In this document: positions 56,647 through 64,000 of the stretch, in pieces
Position numbering within the stretch: the stretch's first letter is position 1
How the letters are laid out: each line of letters starts with the position of its first letter
Assembly: GCA_041649115.1 (NCBI GenBank)
Contig: JBAZNT010000009.1
Span: forward strand, 10,501-74,500
Direction of reading: 5' to 3'
DNA: 64,000 bases
Source of the DNA: Candidatus Omnitrophota bacterium
Lineage (GTDB): Bacteria; Omnitrophota; Gorgyraeia; Gygaellales; Profunditerraquicolaceae
The notes under the pieces: generated by a model
Told to the model about the DNA's origin: nothing
What the model saw: the letters and a program-made list of their open reading frames with translations, nothing else
Database searches by the model: none
Position numbers and translations under genes: made by a program

Positions 56647-58038
56647 CTATTGCCGGGTTCTAATTACAATCAACCTTAGACTATTTACCTGTACCTCCAA
56701 ATCAATGCCGGTTAGTTCGGGCAGGAAGTAATAGACCTTTATCACGTAAGAATACCCCGCTTCTAATACATCATTTGGTATGTGGGTGGCGCAGAATATT
56801 GAGAATGCCGCCTCCAGGCTTTTTTGATGCAGCATGCTTTCATAGACCTGTTTTTCTGCGCCGCTCGGAGACACCTCAAATACCGCAATCTTGGAAAAGA
56901 AATAGGTAGAAGAGTTGGTTACATATGTCGGTTCCAGAGGGTTGGTTATGTCGTAAGGAGTGGTAGATATTTGCCAGATGACGGTTATATTTTCCCGGCT
57001 CCTGGCTATAAAGCGGTAATAAAAATCGTCATCGATTGTTCTAAAACACTTGCTGCAGCCTCCGGCAAGGAACCCTCCGGTAAGGCAATCCTGGGCGTTT
57101 TTCTGAATAAGCGAGCAGTCCGCCAGGGTATAGGTGTCGCAGGTAGGGTCGTTAATCCTCTCCTGGCAGGAGGCGATATTGCAATTTTGGTATCCCGGTA
57201 CGTCGAGTTCGCTGCAGACGTCTCTTTTGCAGCATTCCAACCGGTTATTGCAGGTGTCGTAGTCGTTGGCATAGGTAAGACATTTATTGACGCAGGAGGC
57301 AAATTCAGGGGTCGGGGTATACTTATAGCAGTCACGTAATCCTCCCCCCCAGCCAAAACCGGAATATGGGCAGCCAGCGGATATTACCGGGGTTATCGTA
57401 TAGTATGATGAGATGTGCGCGCATGGAGAAGCGCATTTGCTTCCTGAACCCGCAGGGCATTCCTCTTTTGCATCTTGCCGGCAGGCACACCCCGTAAAGT
57501 CGGGGCGTAACCCGCTTTCTGTACAAAGCCAGTCTGAGCCGAACTCCCTGCAGTTGCCGTCGGGCTTTATGGCAGGGCAGCCCAGGTTCTGATAGTGATT
57601 TTCGTTGGCTATCGAGTAGCTGGACCTGCAGACCGAATCCCAGTCTGTTTCGCTGGAGGTTGCGATAGCCGAGCAATTAGTGGAATCAAAAGGCACCTCA
57701 CAGCAATCATAGTCTGAGCTGTCCTGGGCGCTGCAGCGGATCGCTCTTTTGCTGTGGGTCAGGATTAAGCAGCAGTCCGGGCAGCTGGATTTTATTTCCG
57801 TGACGCAATTTATGCAGGTGCGGTATTCGTTAAATAAATCTGCTGCTGCGCTACAGGAGATCTCGGGCAGTCTTTTTGAGCCTTCCTGGTAATCCTTATA
57901 GACTGTTTGCATGTCTTCGTTGCGCGGCAGATAAGCAACCGATTCGTCTTCGCCGTAGAGACAAGCGGTAGCGAGGCCCGCCACGAGGATTATTGCCAAG
58001 AGCGCCGCCAGCCGGTAGCCGCCTTTTAAGGTTACCAT
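56647..58038 (-). CDS. Cysteine-rich exported protein of unknown family (about 463 aa from the ATG at 58038)
   Basis: N-terminal anchor/signal YRLAALLAIILVAGLATAC. About three dozen Cys by hand count, nearly all within residues ~65-340 (SCPDCC, DYDCCEV, RLECCKRDVC). The C-terminal ~120 aa are Cys-poor and beta-like. The ATG sits inside the pilin stop context (ATGGTAA). Confidence 0.6.
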   Translation of the reverse strand: MVTLKGGYRLAALLAIILVAGLATACLYGEDESVAYLPRNEDMQTVYKDYQEGSKRLPEISCSAAADLFNEYRTCINCVTEIKSSCPDCCLILTHSKRAIRCSAQDSSDYDCCEVPFDSTNCSAIATSSETDWDSVCRSSYSIANENHYQNLGCPAIKPDGNCREFGSDWLCTESGLRPDFTGCACRQDAKEECPAGSGSKCASPCAHISSYYTITPVISAGCPYSGFGWGGGLRDCYKYTPTPEFASCVNKCLTYANDYDTCNNRLECCKRDVCSELDVPGYQNCNIASCQERINDPTCDTYTLADCSLIQKNAQDCLTGGFLAGGCSKCFRTIDDDFYYRFIARSRENITVIWQISTTPYDITNPLEPTYVTNSSTYFFSKIAVFEVSPSGAEKQVYESMLHQKSLEAAFSIFCATHIPNDVLEAGYSYVIKVYYFLPELTGIDLEVQVNSLRLIVIRTRQ

Positions 58039-58448
58039 GGCGAGCACTCCTTTTCTACCGGGCCGCCGAGCTCAGTGATTTTCATGTTTTTGCCCCTGCA
58101 GTCGCCGTCTCTTCTTGTGGCAATGGCCATATAACCGGCGCCCTCGGACCCGTAGGGAGCAATAGAGTAATTAAAGTAGGTGTCCTGGATATCGAGGTCT
58201 AGGTTTTCGTTAATGCTATCCGCAGTGCAGTTGGGTTCGCAGACAAAATATGCGCTATTGTCAAGGTGGTATCTTTTCTGGGCGTTGTATATCAACGTGA
58301 GGATTGCCTCTGCCTCACGGCCCTTGCCTTTTTCTATATGCCTTCCGTAGTTAGGCACGGCCATTGCCGCTATAACGCCGATTATTATTATCACCATCAA
58401 TAGCTCGATAAGCGTCAAGGCCCTTTTCATAACTTTAAGAAACAGCAT
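58032..58448 (-). CDS. PulG/PilA-like major pilin or pseudopilin
   Basis: MKRA|LTLIELLMVIIIIGVIAAMAVPNYGRHIEKGKGREAEAIL has a prepilin-type N-terminus with Glu5. C-terminal Cys pair (DGDC...KEC) resembles a pilin D-region. Alternative start at 58430. Confidence 0.8.
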   Translation of the reverse strand: MLFLKVMKRALTLIELLMVIIIIGVIAAMAVPNYGRHIEKGKGREAEAILTLIYNAQKRYHLDNSAYFVCEPNCTADSINENLDLDIQDTYFNYSIAPYGSEGAGYMAIATRRDGDCRGKNMKITELGGPVEKECSPW

Positions 58449-58476
58449 ATCTTAAGATGGTTAGGGATGCAATTTA

Positions 58477-58504
58477 AGTATACCTTATTTAATAAAAAAA
58501 TCAA
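58477..58504 (-). promoter_or_regulatory. Candidate sigma70-like promoter for the pilin operon
   Basis: On the minus strand: TTGATT (58504-58499), 16-nt spacer, TATACT (58482-58477). Confidence 0.35.
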
Positions 58505-58554
58505 TGTTATTTATGGGGTCTTTTTATGGCGATACCGCCTTTTTAAATATTCAC

Positions 58555-58583
58555 TTGACAAAATATGCGCCAGAGGGTATTAT
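58555..58583 (+). promoter_or_regulatory. Sigma70-like promoter of the pyr operon
   Basis: TTGACA (58555-58560), 17-nt spacer, TATTAT (58578-58583). Confidence 0.55.
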
Positions 58584-58596
58584 GATTAGAAATTAA

Positions 58597-58697
58597 CCTT
58601 TAAGCCCGCTCTTGAGAAGCTGGCAAGGGGATATTAGCAATGGAGCAAAATATAACAGAAATAACCCAACCTTTTACGAAAACGGTTGGGTTTTTTT
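58597..58697 (+). promoter_or_regulatory. PyrR-binding leader with transcription attenuator
   Basis: CCUUUAAGCCCGCUCUUGAGAAGCUGGCAAGGGG (58597-58630) resembles the conserved PyrR-binding loop (..GAGAGGCUGGCAAGG..). The downstream hairpin AACCCAACC-N12-GGTTGGGTT plus a T-run (58663-58697) is an intrinsic terminator directly before pyrR. Confidence 0.7.
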
Positions 58698-58716
58698 GTG
58701 GCAGAAACCTTTATAA

Positions 58717-59265
<549 letters not shown>

Positions 59266-59269
59266 CCCT

Positions 59270-60211
59270 ATGGAATGGACAAGAAAACACCTTTTGGGAT
59301 TAGAAGAGCTTGACCGCCAGGAGGTTGAACTAATCCTGGCTACGGCAGATTCGTTTAAAGAGGTTTCTACGCGGGCCATCAAGAAGGTCCCTGCATTGCG
59401 CGGCCAGACCGTAGTAAATCTTTTCTACGAACCCTCTACTCGCACGAGGGTGTCCTTTGAGGTTGCGGCAAAGAGGCTCTCCGCAGACGTTATCAATATT
59501 GCGGTTGAGACCTCCAGCGTTAAGAAGGGGGAGAGTCTTATCGATACGGGCAGGAACATCCAGGCCCTGCGCGCCGACATCATCGTGCTGAGGCACGGAT
59601 GTTCCGGGGCAGCCAGGCTTCTCTCCCGCCACCTGGACATCAGCGTAGTTAATGCCGGAGACGGCTGGCATGAACACCCCACCCAGGCGCTGCTGGACAT
59701 TTTTACCATTAAGGAAAAACTGGGAAGGATAGAAGGGGTTGGCGTGGCGATAGTAGGAGATATCGCGCATTCACGCGTTGCGCGTTCTAACATCTGGGGG
59801 CTTTCCAAGCTGGGCGCCAAGGTAACGGTGTGCGCTCCCAAGATGCTCATCCCGGCGGCGATAGAAGAATTGGGGGTGCGCGTTACCCATGATATCGATG
59901 ATGCCTTAAAAGGAGCCGATGCCGTTAATGTCTTGAGGATGCAGTTTGAGCGCGATGAAAACAGGGCCTTCCCGTCGCAACTGGAATATTTTAAAAAATA
60001 CGGCATTACGCAGGAGAGGCTGGAAGGGCTGAAAAACAACTTTCTCGTAATGCATCCGGGGCCTCTCAACCGCGGCATCGAGATATCTTCCGAGGTAGCC
60101 GACGGAGCAAATTCGGTAATATTGGAGCAGGTTACCAACGGCATCGCGGTAAGGATGGCGGTTTTATTTCTGGTTTCCCGGGCCAAGGAGAAAGATGAAA
60201 CTACTCATTAA
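59270..60211 (+). CDS. pyrB: Aspartate carbamoyltransferase catalytic subunit
   Basis: FYEPSTRTRVSFE, HPTQALLD, HPGPLNRG. Confidence 0.95.
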   Translation: MEWTRKHLLGLEELDRQEVELILATADSFKEVSTRAIKKVPALRGQTVVNLFYEPSTRTRVSFEVAAKRLSADVINIAVETSSVKKGESLIDTGRNIQALRADIIVLRHGCSGAARLLSRHLDISVVNAGDGWHEHPTQALLDIFTIKEKLGRIEGVGVAIVGDIAHSRVARSNIWGLSKLGAKVTVCAPKMLIPAAIEELGVRVTHDIDDALKGADAVNVLRMQFERDENRAFPSQLEYFKKYGITQERLEGLKNNFLVMHPGPLNRGIEISSEVADGANSVILEQVTNGIAVRMAVLFLVSRAKEKDETTH

Positions 60212-61496
60212 AGGCGGCCGCGTAGTGGACGCGGCCAATAATGTCGATAGCATCCTTGACGTTTTGACCGACGGCCCCCGCATCGCCAAGGTAGCCAGGG
60301 ATATTAAAGAGAAGGCAGACGAGATTATTGACGCCGGGGGCAGGATAGTGATGCCGGGGATTGTGGATATGCATGTGCACTTGAGAGAGCCCGGCAGAGA
60401 AGATAAGGAAACCGTCTCCAGCGGTACCCGCGCCGCTTTAAAAGGAGGGGTTACTTCTTTGCTGGCCATGCCTAATACCGAGCCTCCCATTGATTCCCCG
60501 GAGCGGGCAGCTTTACTGAAGGGCATCCTTGAAAAAAAGGCCTCTGTCAATGTTTTTATCTCTGCGGCCATTACCAGGGGCCGCTTGGGAGAGGAGTTAG
60601 TTGATATCAAGGGGCTAAAGAGGGCGGGCGCGATAGCCTTTAGCGATGACGGCTCAAGCGTAGAAAATGCGGGGTTATTTTTAAAGGCCCTTGAACTTGC
60701 CAGGGATAACGATGCCTTGCTTATCGAGCACTGCGAAGACCGCAGCCTAAGCAATGATGGCGTAGTTAGCCTGGGCATTATATCTACCAAGCTGGGATTA
60801 AGGGGCATACCCAAAGAAGCAGAGTATAGCCGAGTGGAAAGGAATGTTAGGCTGGCCGGGGAATGCGGGGCGTCTTTGCACATCGCACATCTAAGCACCA
60901 AGGAGTCGGTTGATATTATCGCAACCGCCAAAAAAAAAGGCGCGAAGGTTACCTGCGAGGTCACCCCCCATCACCTGTCCTTGACAGAAGAGGCGGTTTT
61001 GGGCTACGATGCCAACATGAAGATGAAGCCGCCGCTCTGCGCAGATACAGACCGCCGGGCGCTCAGGGAGGGCCTCAGGAGCGGCGCCATCGATATTATT
61101 TCTTCGGATCATGCACCGCACACCGATAACGAGAAGGAAATAGAATTTGAGCGCGCTGAGTTTGGCGCAATAGGATTGGAGACCGAGCTGGCAGTCGCCA
61201 TAACTGAACTGATCCACGGCAAGGTATTGGATTGGCCCGGATTGGTGCGTATCCTCTCCTTGGCGCCCTCCAGGATACTGGGGATAACAAAGGGCACGCT
61301 TGGCATGGGCGCGGACGCGGACATTATTGTAGTTGATCCTCAAAGGGAATGGCTGGTCGAAAAAAAATCCCTGGTTTCCAAATCTAAGAATTCGCCATTC
61401 CTGGGAAGGGTCCTAAAAGGAGCGGTGGACTATACCGTCCTGGCAGGCAGGGTAGTTTATCAGGATGGCGATGGCGGATCTCCAATAAGACGATAG
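60195..61496 (+). CDS. pyrC: Dihydroorotase (type I, ~430 aa)
   Basis: PGIVDMHVHLREPG, SDHAPH, and position after pyrB. Confidence 0.92.
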   Translation: MKLLIKGGRVVDAANNVDSILDVLTDGPRIAKVARDIKEKADEIIDAGGRIVMPGIVDMHVHLREPGREDKETVSSGTRAALKGGVTSLLAMPNTEPPIDSPERAALLKGILEKKASVNVFISAAITRGRLGEELVDIKGLKRAGAIAFSDDGSSVENAGLFLKALELARDNDALLIEHCEDRSLSNDGVVSLGIISTKLGLRGIPKEAEYSRVERNVRLAGECGASLHIAHLSTKESVDIIATAKKKGAKVTCEVTPHHLSLTEEAVLGYDANMKMKPPLCADTDRRALREGLRSGAIDIISSDHAPHTDNEKEIEFERAEFGAIGLETELAVAITELIHGKVLDWPGLVRILSLAPSRILGITKGTLGMGADADIIVVDPQREWLVEKKSLVSKSKNSPFLGRVLKGAVDYTVLAGRVVYQDGDGGSPIRR

Positions 61497-61593
61497 TAGT
61501 TCTTTGGTTATCAAGGAATTTTGCTGCACTCGTATCATTGCTTCTTGCAATTCAGCCCTGGATCCGTAATGAATTTGCGGATCGATACTAATT

Positions 61594-63042
61594 ATGCGTT
61601 TGCAGAATACGAACAATACGACTATCCTTCAGAAGGTAGGTCTTATTGGGTTGGGGTTATTCTTGTGCGCAGTAATCCTCGAGGCAGGATGCAGGCTGGC
61701 TGGCGGCATAATCATATCCTGGCAGGAACACCAGAACAAGAAACGCATCCTGGGGGAGAGTGGAGAGTTTCGCATCCTCTGTCTAGGAGGTTCAATAGTT
61801 GCCAGTGGAGGTTCCAACTCTTTCCCTTCTCAGTTAGAGGAGGTCCTTAATCGTAAGGAGACAGGGAAGAGATTCGCAGTGATAAATAATGGCATTTGTA
61901 ATGCCGACTCCTCTTTTATCGTCGCGCATTTAAAAGAAAACCTAGACCGTTATCAGCCGCACATGGTAGTCGTTATGATGGGGGAGAACGATAATAGAGG
62001 AGACATTGTTCCTTACGATGATTCTCTGTCTTTTAAGCTCAAGCAGTTTGTTAAAAATATAAGAGTGCATAAGTTAATCAAATTGCTCAAGCTGCATGTT
62101 ATGAATAAAATGCAGGAATTAAAAGAAGGCACGCCGGGCCACGGCGTAGCACTTGCAACCGATACGAACAATCGCGTTATCTCTAAGCGAGCAGGCATAG
62201 ACGATACAGAGACCGTATCTCTGCAGGATTTGTTCGACCAGTTTCTAGTTTACAGGGAGGAGCAGTGGCAGGAGGCCGAACCTCTTATAAAGAAAATCGT
62301 AGAAATAGAAAATACCAATGAGGCCAAGGCCCAATTGGCGGATTTCTATACCTTGATGCTTAGGTTTAAAGATGCGGAGGAGTTATTAAATGAGGTGGTT
62401 GTCTCTAGCCCGCAAGACGCCTTTGTCCTTACCACTTTAGGGCGGTGCTATTCCCGCCAGGGCAGGTATAATGAGGCAGAGGCGGTATTGAATAAAGCTA
62501 TTGAGGCAGATCCCTTTTATAGAGTGTCTTACAGCGAACTGATGACCTGTTATCGGCTTCAAGGAGAACAACATAAATTCAAAAAGATCTTAAGCAGGCT
62601 TGAGGGTACAAGCAATAAAAGCGACGCCCTTTACGGCATGGAGGCCACCATTAGTCTTGAGATGGGTGATTATGCCGGAGCAGGGCGTTATTATAGAAAG
62701 GCAGACGAATTGAGAGAACGGTATTATAATGAGGTAACCCGTTACAATTATAATAAGCTTAAGGAGATAGTATTAGAAAGGGGCATCAAGCTGGTATGCG
62801 TGCAGCATGCCACACGTAGCGTAGGGCCGTTAAAAAAACTTTTAGGTTACAGCGATGGCATAATATTTGTTGATAACGAAAGACTCTTTAAAGAGGCCTT
62901 AAAAAGAGACAGATACGAGTATTATTTTGAAGATAATTTTGCTGGAGACTTCGGCCATTGCACTATCGAGGGGAATAAATTATTGGCGGGTAATGTCGCC
63001 AGGACAATAGTTAATGAGTATTTTAACGAAGAGGGCCTGTGA
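61594..63042 (+). CDS. Membrane-anchored SGNH/GDSL-like hydrolase interrupted by a TPR region
   Basis: N-terminal TM LIGLGLFLCAVIL. Block I-like ILCLGGSIV and MMGEND near the N-terminus. TPR repeats in the middle (LGRCYSRQGRYNEAEAVLNKAIEADP). Block V-like GDFGHCT near the C-terminus. Confidence 0.5.
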   Translation: MRLQNTNNTTILQKVGLIGLGLFLCAVILEAGCRLAGGIIISWQEHQNKKRILGESGEFRILCLGGSIVASGGSNSFPSQLEEVLNRKETGKRFAVINNGICNADSSFIVAHLKENLDRYQPHMVVVMMGENDNRGDIVPYDDSLSFKLKQFVKNIRVHKLIKLLKLHVMNKMQELKEGTPGHGVALATDTNNRVISKRAGIDDTETVSLQDLFDQFLVYREEQWQEAEPLIKKIVEIENTNEAKAQLADFYTLMLRFKDAEELLNEVVVSSPQDAFVLTTLGRCYSRQGRYNEAEAVLNKAIEADPFYRVSYSELMTCYRLQGEQHKFKKILSRLEGTSNKSDALYGMEATISLEMGDYAGAGRYYRKADELRERYYNEVTRYNYNKLKEIVLERGIKLVCVQHATRSVGPLKKLLGYSDGIIFVDNERLFKEALKRDRYEYYFEDNFAGDFGHCTIEGNKLLAGNVARTIVNEYFNEEGL

Positions 63043-63079
63043 AAACATTTCTTCTGACACCCCAAAACCCAGTTGCAAT

Positions 63080-64000
63080 ATGAAATTTATCGCTGACTTC
63101 CACATCCACTCCAGATACAGCCGTGCCACCTCCAGGGATATGGACGTGAAGCATATTGCGGAGTGGGCAAAGTTAAAAGGCATTACCCTGATGGGCACCG
63201 GAGATTTTACGCATCACCTCTGGCTGGAAGAACTAAAGGCAAACTTTGAAGATTTAGGCAACGGACTTTTCAAGCACCAGGATGTCTATTTCATCCTATC
63301 CTCAGAAATAAGCAGCATCTATTCTAAGAAAGGCAGGACCTACCGCATCCACAACATGGTCTTATCCCCATCTTTTAAGACCACCGATAAAATTAATGCC
63401 ACCCTGGCGCGTTACGGCAACCTCGCTTCCGACGGCAGGCCCATCCTGGGGTTGGATGCTGCGGAATTGGCGCGCATCATCTTTGATGTTGACGAGAATT
63501 GCATGGTTATTCCCGGCCATATCTGGACCCCGTGGTTTTCCCTTTTTGGCTCAATGTCCGGCTTTGACCGTATCGAGGATTGCTTTGAAAAACAGACCCC
63601 CAGGATATTCGCGCTAGAGACGGGCCTTTCCAGCGACCCGGCGATGAACTGGAGACTCTCCAATTTAGACCGCTTCGCCCTGGTGAGTAATTCCGACAGC
63701 CACAGCCCTGCCAAGATCGGCAGGGAGGCGAATGTCTTTGACTGCGAATTGAGCTATGCCGGAATAAGAGAGGTTTTAAGAACCAAGGATAAGAAAAAGT
63801 TTCTTTATACCGTTGAGTTCTTCCCGGAAGAAGGCAAATACCATTTTGACGGCCACCGTCTCTGCGACGTCAGGCTCTCTCCTTCCGAGACCAAAGAGCG
63901 CAAAGGGGTTTGCCCTAAATGCGGCAAGCCTGTTACGGTAGGGGTAATGAGCAGGGTGGAGTATCTGGCAGACCGGCCAGAAGGATTTGTGCCTGCCCAG
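63080..64000 (+). CDS. Endonuclease Q / TIGR00375-like PHP-domain protein, 3'-truncated by the window edge (not in the ORF track)
   Basis: Hand translation gives MKFIADFHIHSRYSRATSRDM...PGHIWTPWFSLFGS...NSDSHSP...CPKCGKPVTVGVMSRV. Open to position 64000. Confidence 0.7.
   Translation, partial: MKFIADFHIHSRYSRATSRDMDVKHIAEWAKLKGITLMGTGDFTHHLWLEELKANFEDLGNGLFKHQDVYFILSSEISSIYSKKGRTYRIHNMVLSPSFKTTDKINATLARYGNLASDGRPILGLDAAELARIIFDVDENCMVIPGHIWTPWFSLFGSMSGFDRIEDCFEKQTPRIFALETGLSSDPAMNWRLSNLDRFALVSNSDSHSPAKIGREANVFDCELSYAGIREVLRTKDKKKFLYTVEFFPEEGKYHFDGHRLCDVRLSPSETKERKGVCPKCGKPVTVGVMSRVEYLADRPEGFVPAQ

Noticed and set aside
58449-58500. Sigma54 (-24/-12) promoter upstream of the pilin gene, as is common for pilA genes
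   Set aside because: The only GG...TTGCA candidate (aaGGtatacttaaatTGCAt on the minus strand) has 12 nt between GG and GC instead of 10, and it lacks the TGGCAC context. A sigma70-like TTGATT-16-TATACT fits better.
59425-60964. Two long minus-strand ORFs (253 aa and 266 aa) opposite pyrB and pyrC
   Set aside because: pyrB and pyrC motifs are unambiguous on the plus strand. The antisense products are Ser/Leu/Ala-rich with no motifs and have no upstream signals.

Overview
A compact bacterial chromosomal window of about 64 kb, roughly 90% coding, that spans the replication origin. Genes left of about 42.5 kb are almost all on the minus strand (rpmH-yidD-yidC-jagN-parAB and onward). Genes to the right are on the plus strand (dnaA-dnaN-DUF721-gyrB-gyrA-tRNA-Glu-glmS-rsmI, then pyrR-pyrB-pyrC). 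Most of the content is housekeeping:
- gltX, pheST, thrS
- infC-rpmI-rplT
- rny, ymdB, xseAB, dxs
- a four-subunit 2-oxoacid:ferredoxin oxidoreductase
- trkH with two trkA genes
- gmk, rpoZ, coaC, ndk and six tRNAs

Rubrerythrin, the ferredoxin oxidoreductase and a MetV-like protein point to an anaerobe. Several minimal or domain-reduced core proteins, and the local absence of rnpA and recF, suggest a streamlined and probably uncultivated lineage. I cannot assign the lineage from sequence alone.

Two blocks are not ordinary:
1. 53.2-58.4 kb holds a tightly coupled minus-strand operon. It has one PulG/PilA-like pilin and three pilin-like minor subunits, which bracket a ~466-aa cysteine-rich exported protein and two tandem paralogous exported proteins. 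I cannot place these three in any known family, and no pilus assembly genes are nearby.
2. 2.65-8.8 kb holds an operon that combines archaeal-type methanofuran 'furan-arm' genes (a clear MfnB, plus MfnE-like and MfnF-like candidates) with a radical SAM enzyme, a HAD phosphatase, a divergent UbiA-like membrane protein and an N-terminally anchored adenosine-deaminase-family protein. It sits beside a decayed serine recombinase and tRNA-Leu.

All calls rest on reading motifs in the supplied translations and the DNA. No database search was run.
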